Positions 36,912-39,367 of a stretch of 39,367 nucleotides of DNA are shown here, piece after piece (positions within the stretch are counted from its first letter, which is position 1; each line of letters begins with the position of its first letter). The stretch lies in sequence record SRR20825010_1490. One strand, 5' to 3'. The notes under the pieces were generated by a model. The model ran no database searches. It was not told the origin of the DNA and saw only the letters and a list, made by a program, of their open reading frames with translations. Both the position numbers and the translations under genes were made by a program.

Positions 36912-38585
36912 ATGTTAAGAAGATACAAGCTATTGTATTTGCTATTGTTTACTATAATTGCTAACTGTTTTATATTACAAGCTCAAGAGAAACCGACTAC
37001 AATTTATTTAATAGGCGATTCTACGATGGCCGATTATACTGGAGATTATGATCCAGATAAAGACTATATGGAAACCCGGTATCCAGTAACGGGTTGGGGG
37101 CAAGTATTCCAACAGTTTTTTGTGGATGATAGCTTGTCTCAAATAAAAAATCTCATTTTTGGAGGTCAGGTAATTGTAGACGATCGTGCTCGTGGAGGAA
37201 GAAGTACACGAACTTTTTTTCAGGAAGGACGTTGGAGATCGGTTTTTGAAAATTTACAACCAAATGATATCGTTATTATGCAATTTGGACATAATGATGC
37301 AGCTGAGAATAAGCCAGAACGTTATGTAGATATTGAGGGTTATAAAGAGTTTTTACGCTTATATGTATCTCAAACTAGAGAAAAGGGAGGTTTGCCAATT
37401 ATTTTAACTCCTGTGGCTCGAAATTATCCTTGGGAAAATGGTGTTTTAAAAGATGTTCATGGAGATTATGATATAGCCCCAAAAGAAGTTGCTGAAGAAA
37501 TGGATGTGAATTTAATCGATTTAAATAGACTATCGCAAGCGTATTTTACTTCTAAAGGAAAAGATTTTGTAACTAAAAACTACTTTATGAATTTACCTGC
37601 AGGAAAATATAAAGCATATCCTGAAGGCCAAAATGATAACACTCACTTTCAGCCTAAAGGTGCAGAAGCAATAGCGCAATTGGTTTTTAACGATTTAAAA
37701 AGAATTTCTTCAAACACTATAAAACCGAAGCCATATACTATTGAAACTACGTATGAGAAACTAAAAAAACATTATCCAGAGATTAGTCCTATTTCTGAAG
37801 ATAAATCTTCAGAAATTATAAGTATTGAAAATGTAATTTATAAAACTACGAAGGAGAAAGATTTGACTGCCGATGTTTTTATTCCGAATAAAAAGAAAGA
37901 AAATTATCCTGCGGTTTTATTAATTCATGGCGGTGGATGGATTTCTGGGAGTAAAGAAAATCAAAAAATAATGGCTCAAAAGTTAGCTGAAAATGGCTAT
38001 GTAGCGGTGTCAATTAATTATACATTGAGTACGGTGGCGCCATATCCGCAAGCTGTTTTAGACATAAAGGATGCATTGAAATGGATGCGAACTCATGGAG
38101 ATAATTTAAAAATAGATACTGATAAAATAGCTGTTTTAGGAGCTTCTGCAGGCGCGCAACTAGCAACTTTGGTAGGGGTTACTCCAAATAATCCATCTTT
38201 TAAAACTTCAAGTTCAGTCTCAGATAAGGTTCAGGCGATTGTTAATATTGATGGGATTACTTCTTTTATTCATCCTGAAGCCGAAGAAAGTGAAATAGCA
38301 GGAAAATGGTTGGGAGGTTTAAGAAATGAAAACCCGACAAATTGGAAGTCGGCATCTCCGTTGGAATATGTAGGAGAAAATACCCCGCCTATTTTGTTTG
38401 TTAATAGTGCCCAGCCTAGATTTCATGCAGGGCGAGACGATATGATTTTAAAGTTAGATGAATATAATATTTATGCTGAAGTGCATACATTACCAGATTC
38501 ACCACATTCTTTTTGGTTGATGAATCCATGGTTTCAGCCAACTTTAAAATACACATTGGATTTTCTAAAGAAAACATTGAAGTAA
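36912..38585 (+). CDS. CE12 (SGNH) pectin/rhamnogalacturonan acetylesterase :: HGGG-type alpha/beta hydrolase fusion
   Basis: N-half has GDST, GWG, GGRS, QFGHND and DNTH. C-half has IHGGGW.SG, GASAG and PHSFW. Confidence 0.88.
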   Translation: MLRRYKLLYLLLFTIIANCFILQAQEKPTTIYLIGDSTMADYTGDYDPDKDYMETRYPVTGWGQVFQQFFVDDSLSQIKNLIFGGQVIVDDRARGGRSTRTFFQEGRWRSVFENLQPNDIVIMQFGHNDAAENKPERYVDIEGYKEFLRLYVSQTREKGGLPIILTPVARNYPWENGVLKDVHGDYDIAPKEVAEEMDVNLIDLNRLSQAYFTSKGKDFVTKNYFMNLPAGKYKAYPEGQNDNTHFQPKGAEAIAQLVFNDLKRISSNTIKPKPYTIETTYEKLKKHYPEISPISEDKSSEIISIENVIYKTTKEKDLTADVFIPNKKKENYPAVLLIHGGGWISGSKENQKIMAQKLAENGYVAVSINYTLSTVAPYPQAVLDIKDALKWMRTHGDNLKIDTDKIAVLGASAGAQLATLVGVTPNNPSFKTSSSVSDKVQAIVNIDGITSFIHPEAEESEIAGKWLGGLRNENPTNWKSASPLEYVGENTPPILFVNSAQPRFHAGRDDMILKLDEYNIYAEVHTLPDSPHSFWLMNPWFQPTLKYTLDFLKKTLK

Positions 38586-38650
38586 AAAGCGAGGATTTAA
38601 AGTGGTTTTTTTACATTAAAAAATTAATTAATACCAATTGAATTAAAGTC

Positions 38651-38658
38651 TATATTTG
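38651..38658 (+). promoter_or_regulatory. -7 promoter element of the 2OG oxygenase gene
   Basis: TATATTTG, 23 bp before the ATG. Confidence 0.55.
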
Positions 38659-38681
38659 CGCACTTTTTTAAATAGCGCATA

Positions 38682-39326
38682 ATGGATGAGTTGTTCGATC
38701 AGTTGGAGTTTATTGAAAACCCACTATATGAATCAATTATTGAGGATCTTTTGGAACAACAGTATAGCGTTGTAGATAATTTCTTTTCTGCTGAGGAAGT
38801 TTTTTTACTTAGGGCTTCTTTGTTGGATAAATATGAAGAAGACAAGTTTAAAAAGGCAGCTATTGGAAATAAGTTTGAAGAGCAAATAATAAAATCTATC
38901 CGTGGGGATTTTGTGCTTTGGATAGATGAAAAAAATAGTAATTCTGCTGAAAAGCTTTTCTTTAATAAAATTAATAGTCTGATTGATTATTTAAATAAAA
39001 CCTGTTTTTTAGGGATTTTGCATAAAGAATTTCATTATGCAATCTATCCTGAAGGTACTTTTTATAAGCGACATTTAGATACTTTTCAGAACGATGATCG
39101 CCGAAAGCTTTCTTTTGTTTGTTATTTAAATGATGAAGATTGGAAGAATGAAAATGGAGGAGAACTTGTTATTTATAAAGATGAGAACGGACTAGAAGTT
39201 CCAAAAAATTTATATCCACTTCCTGGGCGAGTTGTAATTTTTGAAAGTCAGCTATTAGAACATGAGGTAAAAACTGTACTCGCTTCCGAAAGATATAGTA
39301 TAACAGGTTGGTTGAAAACAAGATGA
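38682..39326 (+). CDS. 2OG-Fe(II) oxygenase (prolyl hydroxylase-like)
   Basis: IRGD...W, Y.RHLD, YLN..W....GGEL, HEV and RYSITGW motifs. Confidence 0.92.
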   Translation: MDELFDQLEFIENPLYESIIEDLLEQQYSVVDNFFSAEEVFLLRASLLDKYEEDKFKKAAIGNKFEEQIIKSIRGDFVLWIDEKNSNSAEKLFFNKINSLIDYLNKTCFLGILHKEFHYAIYPEGTFYKRHLDTFQNDDRRKLSFVCYLNDEDWKNENGGELVIYKDENGLEVPKNLYPLPGRVVIFESQLLEHEVKTVLASERYSITGWLKTR

Positions 39327-39338
39327 TTTTGTAAACAA

Positions 39339-39367
39339 GTCCTTTCGACTGAAAGGAGAAATCACAT
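39339..39367 (+). repeat. REP-like hairpin (cut by window edge)
   Basis: Perfect stem TCCTTTC-gact-GAAAGGA (39340-39357) just after the stop codon. Confidence 0.4.

Noticed and set aside
1-39367. CRISPR array, tRNA/rRNA, transposase or integrase genes
   Set aside because: No regularly spaced direct repeats, cloverleaf or rRNA signatures, or recombinase/transposase motifs were seen.

Overview
AT-rich DNA from a Bacteroidota genome, most likely Flavobacteriaceae (TAnnTTTG promoters, SusC/SusD pair). It has four blocks. (1) 1-1080 looks like the tail of an integron-like gene-cassette array: a hairpin-containing repeat, a DUF6364-like/PIN toxin-antitoxin pair bounded by exact 9-bp inverted core sites (GTTAGCCAC...GTGGCTAAC), and a 5'-truncated cassette remnant. 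(2) 1151-4109 holds a UDG-family gene, an OsmC-family gene and recJ. It is followed by a 12-gene co-oriented thiol/methionine-redox cluster (4363-12226): msrB, msrA, a redoxin, a glutaredoxin-like::GNAT fusion, SelO/YdiU, DM13, a small LKPCEMP protein, DUF427, an atypical second MsrA, a hydrolase::OsmC fusion, a 4-Cys protein and an aldo/keto reductase. (3) 12234-15584 is a minus-strand block: a GluR0-like ligand-gated K+ channel, an alpha/beta hydrolase, lpxH, a Flavo-1-like structured element and queD. (4) 15960-38585 is a complete pectin-type PUL: SusC, SusD, DUF5123 lipoprotein, PL1, PL1::CE8, GH28, GH43, GH95, GH28, GH3 and CE12::alpha/beta-hydrolase. Its promoter carries two LacI-type palindromes, and a 2OG-Fe(II) oxygenase gene follows. 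Several intergenic gaps hold decayed repeat relics. All family calls come from motif recognition by eye; no searches were run.
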